Shown here: one piece after another, positions 14,801-30,163 of the stretch
How the letters are laid out: each line of letters opens with the position of its first letter
Numbering within the stretch: the first letter of the stretch is position 1
DNA from: the human T2T-CHM13v2.0 reference genome, Homo sapiens
Length of the DNA: 64,000 bases
Direction: 5' to 3' (one strand)
Assembly (NCBI RefSeq): GCF_009914755.1
Contig: NC_060940.1
The notes under the pieces: model-generated
Database searches by the model: none
Told to the model about the DNA's origin: nothing
Seen by the model: only the letters and a program-made list of their open reading frames with translations
Translations under genes and position numbers: made by a program

Positions 14801-17800
14801 TTTGATGATTCCATTCTATTCTATTCGATGATGATTCCATTCGATTCCATTCGATGATGATTGGATTCGATTCCATTTGATGATTTCATTTGATTCCATT
14901 CGTTAATGATTTCGATCAATTCCATTCGATGATTCCATTCGATTCCATTCGATAATGATTACATCCGAGTCCATTCGATGATTCCCTTTGAGCCTGTTCG
15001 ATAATTCCATTTGAGTCCAACCAATGATTCCATTCATTTCCATTCAATGATTCCATTCGAGTCCATTTGATCATTCCGGTAGGGTCCATTCGATGTTGAT
15101 TCCATTGGAGTGCATTCGATGATTCCATTCGAGTCCATTTTAGGATTTGATTCGAGTCCTTTCGATGATTCCATTCGATTCCACTCGATGATGATTTCAT
15201 TCGAGTCCATTCGACACTTCCAATCGATTCCATTTGATGATTCCATTCGAGTCCAATTGATGATTCCATTCAATTCCATTCGATGATGATTCCGTACGAT
15301 TCCATTCTGTGATGATTCCATGTGATTGCATTCAATGATGATTCCTTTCGATTGCATTCGATTATGATTCATTTCGTGTTCATTCTATGGTTCCACAGGT
15401 TTCCATTCGTGTCCATTCCATTATTCCATTCTATTCCATTTGATGATGATTCCATTCGATTCCATTCATTGGTGATTCCACTCAATTCCATTCAATGATT
15501 CCATTCCATTTCTTTCAACAATGATTCCATTAGTTTCTAATCGATGATCCACTTGATTCCATTTGACGACGATTCCATTCTTGTCCATTCGATGATTCCA
15601 TTTGATTCCATATGATGATGATTCCATTCGATTCCATACCATGATGATTCCATTCGAGTCCATTCAATGGTGATTCCATTCAATTCCATTCGATGATTCC
15701 TTTTGATTCCATTCGATGATGATGGCATTCGATTCCTTTCAATCATTCCCTTTGATTCCATTCAAAGGTGATTTCATTCAAGTCCATTCGATAATTGCAT
15801 TCGATTCCATTCTATGATGATTCCATTCGAGTCCATTTGATGATTCCATTCTATTCAAGTCAATGATGATTCCATTCGATTCCATTCGATGATTCCATTG
15901 GATTCCATTCGATGATGATTCCATTCAAATCCATTCGATAATTCAATTCAAGTCCATTCGATGATGATTCCAATCGAATCCATTCAAAGATTCCATTCAG
16001 TTCCATTCGATGATTCCCTTAGATTCCATTCGATGATTCCACTTGATTGCATTTACGATGATTCCATTCGATTCCATGTGATGATTCCATTCAATTCTAT
16101 TCAATGATGTCTCCATTTGATTCCATTCGACCATGATTGCCTTTGATTCCATTCAATGATTCCATTCGGTTCCGTTTGATGATGATTCCGTTCGATTCCA
16201 TTTGATGATTCCATTTGATTCCATTGGATGAGTCCATTCGATTACATTCGATGATTATTCCATTCGAGTGCATTAGATGATTCCATTCGAGTCCATTCGA
16301 TGATTCCATTCGATTCCATTCGATGTTGATTCTGTTCAAATCCATTCGATGATTCCACTCGATTCCATTCGTTGACTCCATTTGATCCCATTCGATGATT
16401 TCCTTTGATTCCCTTTGATGATCATTCCATTTGATTCAATTCGGTGATTTCATTTGATTCCATTCAGTGATGTTTCCATTCGACTCCATTCGATGATGAT
16501 TCCATTCGACTCCATTCGATTATGATTTCATTCAATTCCATTCGATAATGATTCCCTTCGAGTCCATTCGATGATTCCATTCGATTCCATTCAACGATGA
16601 TTTGATTCGTGTCCATTCGATGATTCCATTTGATTCCACTTGATGATGATTCCATTCGAGTCCATTTGATGATTCCATTCAATTCCATACTCCGATGATT
16701 TCTTTTGAGCCCACTCAATGCTTCCACTCGATTCCATATGATGATGACTCCATTCGATGAAATTCGATGATGATTCCATTCGCTTGCTTTCGATGATGAT
16801 TCCACTTGAGTCCGTTAGAAGATTCTATTCAATTACATTCCATGACGATTCCGTTCGAGTCCATTTGATGATTCCATTAGACTCCATTCGACGATGATTC
16901 CATTCGATGTTATTCGATGATTCCATTCGATCTCATTTGATGATGATTCCATTCAACTCCATTCGATGTTTCCATTCGAGTTCATTCTATTATTCCATTA
17001 GATTCCATTCGATGATGATTCCATTCGATTCCATTTGATGATTGCATTCTATTTCATTTGATGATGATTCCATTCGAGTCCACTCGATGATTCCATTCGA
17101 GTCCATTTCATGAATCCATTGGTTTCAATTCTATGATGATTACATTGGATTCCATTCGTTGATGATTTCATTCGGTTCCATTCAATGATGATTCCATTCA
17201 ATTCCTTTCAATGTTTCCATTCAATTCCATACGATGATGATTCCATTTGATTTGATTCGACAGTGAGCCATTCGATTCAATTCCATGATGATTCTATTTG
17301 ATTCAATTGGTTGACATTTCCATTCGATTCCATTCGATGATGATTCCCTTTGATTCCGTTCAAAGATGATTCCATTCTAGCCCATTCAATCATTCCATTC
17401 GATTCTATTCAATGATGATTCCATTCATGTCGATTTGGTGATTCCATTTGACTTCATTTGATGATGATTCCTTTCAAGTTCATTAGATGATTCCATTCGA
17501 TTCCATTTGATGATGATCCCATTCGAGTCCATTCAGTGATTCCATTCGTTTCTATTCCATGATGATTCCATTCCTTTCCATTCAATGATTGCATTCGATT
17601 CCGTTTGATGATGATTTCATTCGAGTCCATTTGATGATTCCATTTGATTCCATTCGATGATGATTCCATTCGAGTCCATTCGATGATTCTATTCGAATCC
17701 ATTTGATGATTTCTTTTGATTATATTTGGTGATGATTCCATTGGAGTCCATTCAATGATTCCATTCTATTCCAATCGATGATGATTCCATTAGAGTCCAT

Positions 17801-17939
17801 TTAATGATTCCATTTGATTCCAGTCTCTGATGATTACATTCGAGTCCATACGATGATTCTACTCAATTCCATATGATGATGATTCCATTTGATTCCATTC
17901 GGTGATTCCATTCTATTCTATTCAATGGTGATTCCATTC
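11828..17939 (+). repeat. 6.1-kb unit copy 3 (full length, 6112 bp)
   Basis: Anchor at 11828 and 17940. Confidence 0.95.
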
Positions 17940-20900
17940 GAGTACATTAGATGATTCCATTCGATTCCATTCAATGATGATTCTATTTGTGTCCCTTAGA
18001 TGATTCCACATGATTCCATTAGATGATGATACTATTTGAGCCCATCCAATGATTCCCTTCGATTCCATTCGATGAGGATTCCATTCGATTCAATTCATTG
18101 GTGATTCTATTCAATTCAATTCTTTGATTCCATTCCATTCCATTCGACAATGATTCCATTCGATTTCTTTCGATGATTCCACTCGATTCCACTTGACATT
18201 GATTCCATTCGATTCCATTCAATGATTCCATTTGATTCCAGTGGATGATGATTGCCATCGATTCCATTCGATCACTCCATTCTATTCCATTTGATGATGA
18301 TTACATTCGATTCCATTTGATGATTCCATCTGATTCTATTCGAGGATTCCATTTGATTCCATTCGATGATGATTCCATTCGAGTCCATTAGATGATTTCA
18401 TTCGAGTACATCCAATGATTCCATTCGAGTCCATTAGATGATTCCATTTGATTCCATTTGAAAATGATTCTACTAGAGTCCATTCAATGACTCCATTCGA
18501 GTCCATTCAACAATTCCATTCGACTCCATTCGATGATTCCATTCGATTCCATTTGATGGTTCCATTCGAGTCCATTTAATCATTACAGTCGAGTCCATTT
18601 GGTGATTCCACTGGATTTCTTTTGATAATGATACCATTCAATTACATTTGATGATGATCCCATTCAATTTCATTTGATGATGATTCCATTAGAGTCCATT
18701 CGATGATTTCATTCGAGTCCCTTCATTGATTCCATCCAATTTCATTGGATGATGACTCCATTCGAGTCCATTCGATGATTCCACTCGATTCCATTAGATG
18801 ACTCCATTGGAGTCCATTTGATTGTTCCATTCGATTCCATTCGATTCCTTTCGAAGATTATTCCATTTGAGTCCATTCGATGATGATTCCATTCCATTCC
18901 ATTCGATGATTCCGTTTGATTCCATTCGATGATTCCCTTCGATTCCTTTCTTTGATGATTCCATTCCATTCCATTCAATGATTCCATTCGAATCTATTCC
19001 ATGATGATTCCTTTCGATTCCATTCGCTGATGTTTCCGTTCAATTCCATTCGATGATGATTCCATTCGATTCCATTCATTGAGGATTCCATTTGATTCCA
19101 TTCAATGATGATTCCATTCTATTCCATTCAATGATTGCATTCAATTCCATTCAATGATTATCCCATTAGAATAAACTCAACGATTCCATTCAATACCATT
19201 CGATGATGATTCCTTTTGAGTCCATTCAATGATTTCATTCAAGTCCATTTGATGATTCCTTTCAATTCCATTCTATGATGATTCCATTCGAGTCCATTCG
19301 ATGATTCCATTCGATTGCATTCGATGATTCCATTATATTCCATTCAACGGTGATTCCATTCGAGTACATTCCATGATTCCATTAGAGTACATTTAATGAT
19401 TGCTTTGTTTTCAATTCGAAGATGATTACATTGGATTCCATTCTATGATACCATTCGATTCCATTCAATGATGATTCCACTCAAATCCATTGGATGATTC
19501 CATTCGTGTCCATTCGGTGATTTCATTAGATTCCATTCGAGGATGATTCCATTCGATTCCATTCGATGATTCCATTCAATTCCATTCGATGATGATTCCA
19601 TTCCAGTCCATATGATCATTCCATTTGATTTCATTCGATGATGATTCCATTCGATTCCATTCGACGATTCCATTCTATTCCATTCGATGATGATTCCATT
19701 CGAGTCCATTCGATGATTCCATTCGAGTCCATTTAATGATTCCATTGGGTTCAATTCAATGATGATTACATTGGATTCCGTTCTATGATTCCATTCAATT
19801 CCGTTCATTGACAATTTGATTCCATTCGATGATGATTCCATTTGAGTTCATTCGATGATTCTATTCGATTCTCTTCGATGTTGATTCAATTCTATTATAT
19901 TGGATGATTCCATTCGATTCCATTTGATGTTGATTCAATTCGATTCTATTCGATGATGATTCCATTGGATTTCACTTGATGATTCTATTCGATTCCATTC
20001 AATGATGATTCACTTCTCGTCCATTGGATGATTCCATTTCATTCCATTCGATGATGATTCCATTCGATTCCATTCGATGATTCCATTTGATTCCATGCGA
20101 CGGTGAGCAATTCGATTCAATTCCATGATGATTCTATTTGATTCAATTAGATGATGTTTCCATTCGAATCCATTCCATGATTATTCCATTGGAATCCATT
20201 CGGCGATGATTCCATATGAGTCAATTCAATGATGATTCCATATGGGTCCGTTCGATGATAATTCCATTTGATTTCATTCGATGCTTCTATTCTATTCCAG
20301 TCGATGATGATTCCGTTGGAGTCCATACGATGATTCCATTTGATTTCATTTGATGATGATTCCATTCGATGATGATTACATTGGATTCCATTCTATGATT
20401 CCATTCAATTCCATTCGTTGATGATTCGATTCCATTCAATGATGATTCCATTTGAGTTCATTCGATGATTCTATTCGATTCCGTTCGATGGTGATTCAAT
20501 TCTATTATATTGGATGATTCCACTCGATTCCATTTGATGATTATTCCATTGGAGTCCACTTAGTGAATCCTTTAGATTCTACTCGACGATGATTCCATTC
20601 GAGTCCATTCGATGATACCATTCAATTCCATTCGTTGATGCTTCCATTCAAGTGCATTCGATGATATCATTCGATTCCATTTGATGATAATTCCATTTGA
20701 TTCCATGCGATGATTCTATTCGATTCCATTCAATGATATTTCCATTCAATTCAGTGATTCCTCTGGACTCCATTTGATGATGATTCCATTCAATGATTCC
20801 ATTCGATTCTATTCGAAAATGATTCCATTTGAATCCATTTGATGATGATTCCATTAGATTCCATTTGATGATTCCATTCGATTCCATTCGACGATGATTC

Positions 20901-23900
20901 CATTCGATTCCGTTTGATGATTCCATTCTATTCTATTCGATGATGATTCCATTCGATTCCATTCGATGATGATTGGATTCGATTCCATTTGATGATTTCA
21001 TTTGATTCCATTCGTTAATGATTTCGATCAATTCCATTCGATGATTCCATTCGATTCCATTCGATAATGATTACATCCGGGTCCATTCGATGATTCCCTT
21101 TGAGCCTGTTCGATAATTCCATTTGAGTCCAACCAATGATTCCATTCATTTCCATTCAATGATTCCATTCGAGTCCATTTGATCATTCCGGTAGGGTCCA
21201 TTCGATGTTGATTCCATTGGAGTGCATTCGATGATTCCATTCGAGTCCATTTTAGGATTTGATTCGAGTCCTTTCGATGATTCCATTCGATTCCACTCGA
21301 TGATGATTTCATTCGAGTCCATTCGACACTTCCAATCGATTCCATTTGATGATTCCATTCGAGTCCAATTGATGATTCCATTCAATTCCATTCGATGATG
21401 ATTCCGTACGATTCCATTCTGTGATGATTCCATGTGATTGCATTCAATGATGATTCCTTTCGATTGCATTCGATTATGATTCATTTCGTGTTCATTCTAT
21501 GGTTCCACAGGTTTCCATTCGTGTCCATTCCATTATTCCATTCTATTCCATTTGATGATGATTCCATTCGATTCCATTCATTGGTGATTCCACTCAATTC
21601 CATTCAATGATTCCATTCCATTTCTTTCAACAATGATTCCATTAGTTTCTAATCGATGATCCACTTGATTCCATTTGACGACGATTCCATTCTTGTCCAT
21701 TCGATGATTCCATTTGATTCCATATGATGATGATTCCATTCGATTCCATACCATGATGATTCCATTCGAGTCCATTCAATGGTGATTCCATTCAATTCCA
21801 TTCGATGATTCCTTTTGATTCCATTCGATGATGATGGCATTCGATTCCTTTCAATCATTCCCTTTGATTCCATTCAAAGGTGATTTCATTCAAGTCCATT
21901 CGATAATTGCATTCGATTCCATTCTATGATGATTCCATTCGAGTCCATTTGATGATTCCATTCAATTCAAGTCAATGATGATTCCATTCGATTCCATTCG
22001 ATGATTCCATTGGATTCCATTCGATGATGATTCCATTCAAATCCATTCGATAATTCAATTCAAGTCCATTCGATGATGATTCCAATCGAATCCATTCAAA
22101 GATTCCATTCAGTTCCATTCGATGATTCCCTTAGATTCCATTAGATGATCCAACTTGATTGCATTTACGATGATTCCATTCGATTCCATGTGATGATTCC
22201 ATTCAATTCTATTCAATGATGTCTCCATTTGATTCCATTCGACCATGATTGCCTTTGATTCCATTCAATGATTCCATTCGGTTCCGTTTGATGATGATTC
22301 CGTTCGATTCCATTTGATGATTCCATTTGATTCCATTGGATGAGTCCATTCGATTACATTCGATGATTATTCCATTCGAGTGCATTAGATGATTCCATTC
22401 GAGTCCATTCGATGATTCCATTCGATTCCATTCGATGTTGATTCTGTTCAAATCCATTCGATGATTCCACTCGATTCCATTCGTTGACTCCATTTGATCC
22501 CATTCGATGATTTCCTTTGATTCCCTTTGATGATCATTCCATTTGATTCAATTCGGTGATTTCATTGGATTCCATTCAGTGATGTTTCCATTCGACTCCA
22601 TTCGATGATGATTCCATTCGACTCCATTCGATTATGATTTCATTCAATTCCATTCGATAATGATTCCCTTCGAGTCCATTCGATGATTCCATTCGATTCC
22701 ATTCAACGATGATTTGATTCGTGTCCATTCGATGATTCCATTTGATTCCACTTGATGATGATTCCATTCGAGTCCATTTGATGATTCCATTCAATTCCAT
22801 ACTCCGATGATTTCTTTTGAGCCCACTCAATGCTTCCACTCGATTCCATATGATGATGACTCCATTCCATGAAATTCGATGATGATTCCATTCGCTTGCT
22901 TTCGATGATGATTCCACTTGAGTCCGTTAGAAGATTCTATTCAATTACATTCCAGGACGATTCCGTTCGAGTCCATTTGATGATTCCATTAGACTCCATT
23001 CGACGATGATTCCATTCGATGTTATTCGATGATTCCATTCGATCTCATTCGATGATGATTCCATTCAACTCCATTCGATGTTTCCATTCGAGTTCATTCT
23101 ATTATTCCATTAGATTCCATTCGATGATGATTCCATTCGATTCCATTTGATGATTGCATTCTATTTCATTTGATGATGATTCCATTCGAGTCCACTCGAT
23201 GATTCCATTCGAGTCCATTTAATGAATCCATTGGTTTCAATTCTATGATGATTACATTGGATTCCATTCGTTGATGATTTCATTCGGTTCCATTCAATGA
23301 TGATTCCATTCAATTCCTTTCAATGTTTCCATTCAATTCCATACGATGATGATTCCATTTGATTTGATTCGACAGTGAGCCATTCGATTCAATTCCATGA
23401 TGATTCTATTTGATTCAATTGGTTGACATTTCCATTCGATTCCATTCGATGATGATTCCCTTTGATTCCGTTCAAAGATGATTCCATTCTAGCCCATTCA
23501 ATCATTCCATTCGATTCTATTCAATGATGATTCCATTCATGTCGATTTGGTGATTCCATTTGACTTCATTTGATGATGATTCCTTTCAAGTTCATTAGAT
23601 GATTCCATTCGATTCCATTTGATGATGATCCCATTCGAGTCCATTCAGTGATTCCATTCGTTTCTATTCCATGATGATTCCATTCCTTTCCATTCAATGA
23701 TTGCATTCGATTCCGTTTGATGATGATTTCATTCGAGTCCATTTGATGATTCCATTTGATTCCATTCGATGATGATTCCATTCGAGTCCATTCGATGATT
23801 CTATTCGAATCCATTTGATGATTTCTTTTGATTATATTTGGTGATGATTCCATTGGAGTCCATTCAATGATTCCATTCTATTCCAATCGATGATGATTCC

Positions 23901-24051
23901 ATTAGAGTCCATTTAATGATTCCATTTGATTCCAGTCTCTGATGATTACATTCGAGTCCATACGATGATTCCACTCAATTCCATATGATGATGATTCCAT
24001 TTGATTCCATTCGGTGATTCCATTCTATTCTATTCAATGGTGATTCCATTC
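17940..24051 (+). repeat. 6.1-kb unit copy 4 (full length, 6112 bp)
   Basis: Anchor at 17940 and 24052. Confidence 0.95.
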
Positions 24052-27000
24052 GAGTACATTAGATGATTCCATTCGATTCCATTCAATGATGATTCTATTT
24101 GTGTCCCTTAGATGATTCCACATGATTCCATTAGATGATGATACTATTTGAGCCCATCCAATGATTCCCTTCGATTCCATTCGATGAGGATTCCATTCGA
24201 TTCATTTCATTGGTGATTCTATTCAATTCAATTCTTTGATTCCATTCCATTCCATTCGACAATGATTCCATTCGATTTCTTTCGATGATTCCACTCGATT
24301 CCACTTGACATTGATTCCATTCGATTCCATTCAATGATTCCATTTGATTCCAGTGGATGATGATTGCCATCGATTCCATTCGATCACTCCATTCTATTCC
24401 ATTTGATGATGATTACATTCGATTCCATTTGATGATTCCATCTGATTCTATTCGAGGATTCCATTTGATTCCATTCGATGATGATTCCATTCGAGTCCAT
24501 TCGATGATTTCATTCGAGTACATCCAATGATTCCATTCGAGTCCATTAGATGATTCCATTTGATTCCATTTGAAAATGATTCTACTAGAGTCCATTCAAT
24601 GACTCCATTCGAGTCCATTCAACAATTCCATTCGACTCCATTCGATGATTCCATTCGATTCCATTTGATGGTTCCATTCGAGTCCATTTAATCATTACAG
24701 TCGAGTCCATTTGGTGATTCCACTGGATTTCTTTTGATAATGATACCATTCAATTACATTTGATGATGATCCCATTCAATTTCATTTGATGATGATTCCA
24801 TTAGAGTCCATTCGATGATTTCATTCGAGTCCCTTCATTGATTCCATCCGATTTCATTGGATGATGACTCCATTCGAGTCCATTCGATGATTCCACTCGA
24901 TTCCATTAGATGACTCCATTGGAGTCCATTTGATTGTTCCATTCGATTCCATTCGATTCCTTTCGAAGATTATTCCATTTGAGTCCATTCGATGATGATT
25001 CCATTCCATTCCATTCGATGATTCCGTTTGATTCCATTCGATGATTCCCTTCGATTCCTTTCTTTGATGATTCCATTCCATTCCATTCAATGATTCCATT
25101 CGAATCTATTCCATGATGATTCCTTTCGATTCCATTCGCTGATGTTTCCGTTCAATTCCATTCGATGATGATTCCATTCGATTCCATTCATTGAGGATTC
25201 CATTTGATTCCATTCAATGATGATTCCATTCTATTCCATTCAATGATTGCATTCAATTCCATTCAATGATTATCCCATTAGAGTAAACTCAACGATTCCA
25301 TTCAATACCATTCGATGATGATTCCTTTTGAGTCCATTCAATGATTTCATTCAAGTCCATTTGATGATTCCTTTCAATTCCATTCTATGATGATTCCATT
25401 CGAGTCCATTCGATGATTCCATTCGATTGCATTCGATGATTCCATTATATTCCATTCAACGGTGATTCCATTCGAGTCCATTCCATGATTCCATTAGAGT
25501 ACATTTAATGATTGCTTTGTTTTCAATTCGAAGATGATTACATTGGATTCCATTCTATGATACCATTCGATTCCATTCAATGATGATTCCACTCAAATCC
25601 ATTGGATGATTCCATTCGTGTCCATTCGGTGATTTCATTAGATTCCATTCGAGGATGATTCCATTCGATTCCATTCGATGATTCCATTCAATTCCATTCG
25701 ATGATGATTCCATTCCATTCCATATGATCATTCCATTTGATTTCATTCGATGATGATTCCATTCGATTCCATTCGACGATTCCATTCTATTCCATTCGAT
25801 GATGATTCCATTCGAGTCCATTCGATGATTCCATTCGAGTCCATTTAATGATTCCATTGGGTTCAATTCAATGATGATTACATTGGATTCCGTTCTATGA
25901 TTCCATTCAATTCCGTTCATTGACAATTTGATTCCATTCGATGATGATTCCATTTGAGTTCATTCGATGATTCTATTCGATTCTCTTCGATGGTGATTCA
26001 ATTCTATTATATTGGATGATTCCATTCGATTCCATTTGATGTTGATTCAATTCGATTCTATTCGATGATGATTCCATTGGATTTCACTTGATGATTCTAT
26101 TCGATTCCATTCAATGATGATTCACTTCTCGTCCATTGGATGATTCCATTTCATTCCATTCGATGATGATTCCATTCGATTCCATTCGATGATTCCATTT
26201 CATTCCATGCGACGGTGAGCAATTCGATTCAATTCCATGATGATTCTATTTGATTCAATTAGATGATGTTTCCATTCGAATCCATTCCATGATTATTCCA
26301 TTGGAATCCATTCGGCGATGATTCCATATGAGTCAATTCAATGATGATTCCATATGGGTCCGTTCGATGATAATTCCATTTGATTTCATTCGATGCTTCT
26401 ATTCTATTCCAGTCGATGATGATTCCGTTGGAGTCCATACGATGATTCCATTTGATTTCATTTGATGATGATTCCATTCGATGATGATTACATTGGATTC
26501 CATTCTATGATTCCATTCAATTCCATTCGTTGATGATTCGATTCCATTCAATGATGATTCCATTTGAGTTCATTCGATGATTCTATTCGATTCCGTTCGA
26601 TGGTGATTCAATTCCATTATATTGGATGATTCCACTCGATTCCATTTGATGATTATTCCATTGGAGTCCACTTAGTGAATCCTTTAGATTCTACTCGACG
26701 ATGATTCCATTCGAGTCCATTCGATGATACCATTCAATTCCATTCGTTGATGCTTCCATTCAAGTGCATTCGATGATATCATTCGATTCCATTTGATGAT
26801 AATTCCATTTGATTCCATGCGATGATTCTATTCGATTCCATTCAATGATAATTCCATTCAATTCAGTGATTCCTCTGGACTCCATTTGATGATGATTCCA
26901 TTCAATGATTCCATTCGATTCTATTCGAAAATGATTCCATTTGAATCCATTTGATGATGATTCCATTAGATTCCATTTGATGATTCCATTCGATTCCATT

Positions 27001-30000
27001 CGACGATGATTCCATTCGATTCCGTTTGATGATTCCATTCTATTCTATTCGATGATGATTCCATTCGATTCCATTCGATGATGATTGGATTCGATTCCAT
27101 TTGATGATTTCATTTGATTCCATTCGTTAATGATTTCGATCAATTCCATTCGATGATTCCATTCGATTCCATTCGATAATGATTACATCCGAGTCCATTC
27201 GATGATTCCCTTTGAGCCTGTTCGATAATTCCATTTGAGTCCAACCAATGATTCCATTCATTTCCATTCAATGATTCCATTCGAGTCCATTTGATCATTC
27301 CGGTAGGGTCCATTCGATGTTGATTCCATTGGAGTGCATTCGATGATTCCATTCGAGTCCATTTTAGGATTTGATTCGAGTCCTTTCGATGATTCCATTC
27401 GATTCCACTCGATGATGATTTCATTCGAGTCCATTCGACACTTCCAATCGATTCCATTTGATGATTCCATTCGAGTCCAATTGATGATTCCATTCAATTC
27501 CATTCGATGATGATTCCGTACGATTCCATTCTGTGATGATTCCATGTGATTGCATTCAATGATGATTCCTTTCGATTGCATTCGATTATGATTCATTTCG
27601 TGTTCATTCTATGGTTCCACAGGTTTCCATTCGTGTCCATTCCATTATTCCATTCTATTCCATTTGATGATGATTCCATTCGATTCCATTCATTGGTGAT
27701 TCCACTCAATTCCATTCAATGATTCCATTCCATTTCTTTCAACAATGATTCCATTAGTTTCTAATCGATGATCCACTTGATTCCATTTGACGACGATTCC
27801 ATTCTTGTCCATTCGATGATTCCATTTGATTCCATATGATGATGATTCCATTCGATTCCATACCATGATGATTCCATTCGAGTCCATTCAATGGTGATTC
27901 CATTCAATTCCATTCGATGATTCCTTTTGATTCCATTCGATGATGATGGCATTCGATTCCTTTCAATCATTCCCTTTGATTCCATTCAAAGGTGATTTCA
28001 TTCAAGTCCATTCGATAATTGCATTCGATTCCATTCTATGATGATTCCATTCGAGTCCATTTGATGATTCCATTCAATTCAAGTCAATGATGATTCCATT
28101 CGATTCCATTCGATGATTCCATTGGATTCCATTCGATGATGATTCCATTCAAATCCATTCGATAATTCAATTCAAGTCCATTCGATGATGATTCCAATCG
28201 AATCCATTCAAAGATTCCATTCAGTTCCATTCGATGATTCCCTTAGATTCCATTCGATGATTCCACTTGATTGCATTTACGATGATTCCATTCGATTCCA
28301 TGTGATGATTCCATTCAATTCTATTCAATGATGTCTCCATTTGATTCCATTCGACCATGATTGCCTTTGATTCCATTCAATGATTCCATTCGGTTCCGTT
28401 TGATGATGATTCCGTTCGATTCCATTTGATGATTCCATTGGATTCCATTGGATGAGTCCATTCGATTACATTCGATGATTATTCCATTCGAGTGCATTAG
28501 ATGATTCCATTCGAGTCCATTCGATGATTCCATTCGATTCCATTCGATGTTGATTCTGTTCAAATCCATTCGATGATTCCACTCGATTCCATTCGTTGAC
28601 TCCATTTGATCCCATTCGATGATTTCCTTTGATTCCCTTTGATGATCATTCCATTTGATTCAATTCGGTGATTTCATTTGATTCCATTCAGTGATGTTTC
28701 CATTCGACTCCATTCGATGATGATTCCATTCGACTCCATTCGATTATGATTTCATTCAATTCCATTCGATAATGATTCCCTTCGAGTCCATTCGATGATT
28801 CCATTCGATTCCATTCAACGATGATTTGATTCGTGTCCATTCGATGATTCCATTTGATTCCACTTGATGATGATTCCATTCGAGTCCATTTGATGATTCC
28901 ATTCAATTCCATACTCCGATGATTTCTTTTGAGCCCACTCAATGCTTCCACTCGATTCCATATGATGATGACTCCATTCGATGAAATTCGATGATGATTC
29001 CATTCGCTTGCTTTCGATGATGATTCCACTTGAGTCCGTTAGAAGATTCTATTCAATTACATTCCATGACGATTCCGTTCGAGTCCATTTGATGATTCCA
29101 TTAGACTCCATTCGACGATGATTCCATTCGATGTTATTCCATGATTCCATTCGATCTCATTCGATGATGATTCCATTCAACTCCATTCGATGTTTCCATT
29201 CGAGTTCATTCTATTATTCCATTAGATTCCATTCGATGATGATTCCATTCGATTCCATTTGATGATTGCATTCTATTTCATTTGATGATGATTCCATTCG
29301 AGTCCACTCGATGATTCCATTCGAGTCCATTTAATGAATCCATTGGTTTCAATTCTATGATGATTACATTGGATTCCATTCGTTGATGATTTCATTCGGT
29401 TCCATTCAATGATGATTCCATTCAATTCCTTACAATGTTTCCATTCAATTCCATACGATGATGATTCCATTTGATTTGATTCGACAGTGAGCCATTCGAT
29501 TCAATTCCATGATGATTCTATTTGATTCAATTGGTTGACATTTCCATTCGATTCCATTCGATGATGATTCCCTTTGATTCCGTTCCAAGATGATTCCATT
29601 CTAGCCCATTCAATCATTCCATTCGATTCTATTCAATGATGATTCCATTCATGTCGATTTGGTGATTCCATTTGACTTCATTTGATGATGATTCCTTTCA
29701 AGTTCATTAGATGATTCCATTCGATTCCATTTGATGATGATCCCATTCGAGTCCATTCAGTGATTCCATTCGTTTCCATTCCATGATGATTCCATTCCTT
29801 TCCATTCAATGATTCCATTCGATTCCGTTTGATGATGATTTCATTCGAGTCCATTTGATGATTCCATTTGATTCCATTCGATGATGATTCCATTCGAGTC
29901 CATTCGATGATTCTATTCGAATCCATTTGATGATTTCTTTTGATTATATTTGGTGATGATTCCATTGGAGTCCATTCAATGATTCCATTCTATTCCAATC

Positions 30001-30163
30001 GATGATGATTCCATTAGAGTCCATTTAATGATTCCATTTGATTCCAGTCTCTGATGATTACATTCGAGTCCATACGATGATTCCACTCAATTCCATATGA
30101 TGATGATTCCATTTGATTCCATTCGGTGATTCCATTCTATTCTATTCAATGGTGATTCCATTC
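24052..30163 (+). repeat. 6.1-kb unit copy 5 (full length, 6112 bp)
   Basis: Anchor at 24052 and 30164. Confidence 0.95.
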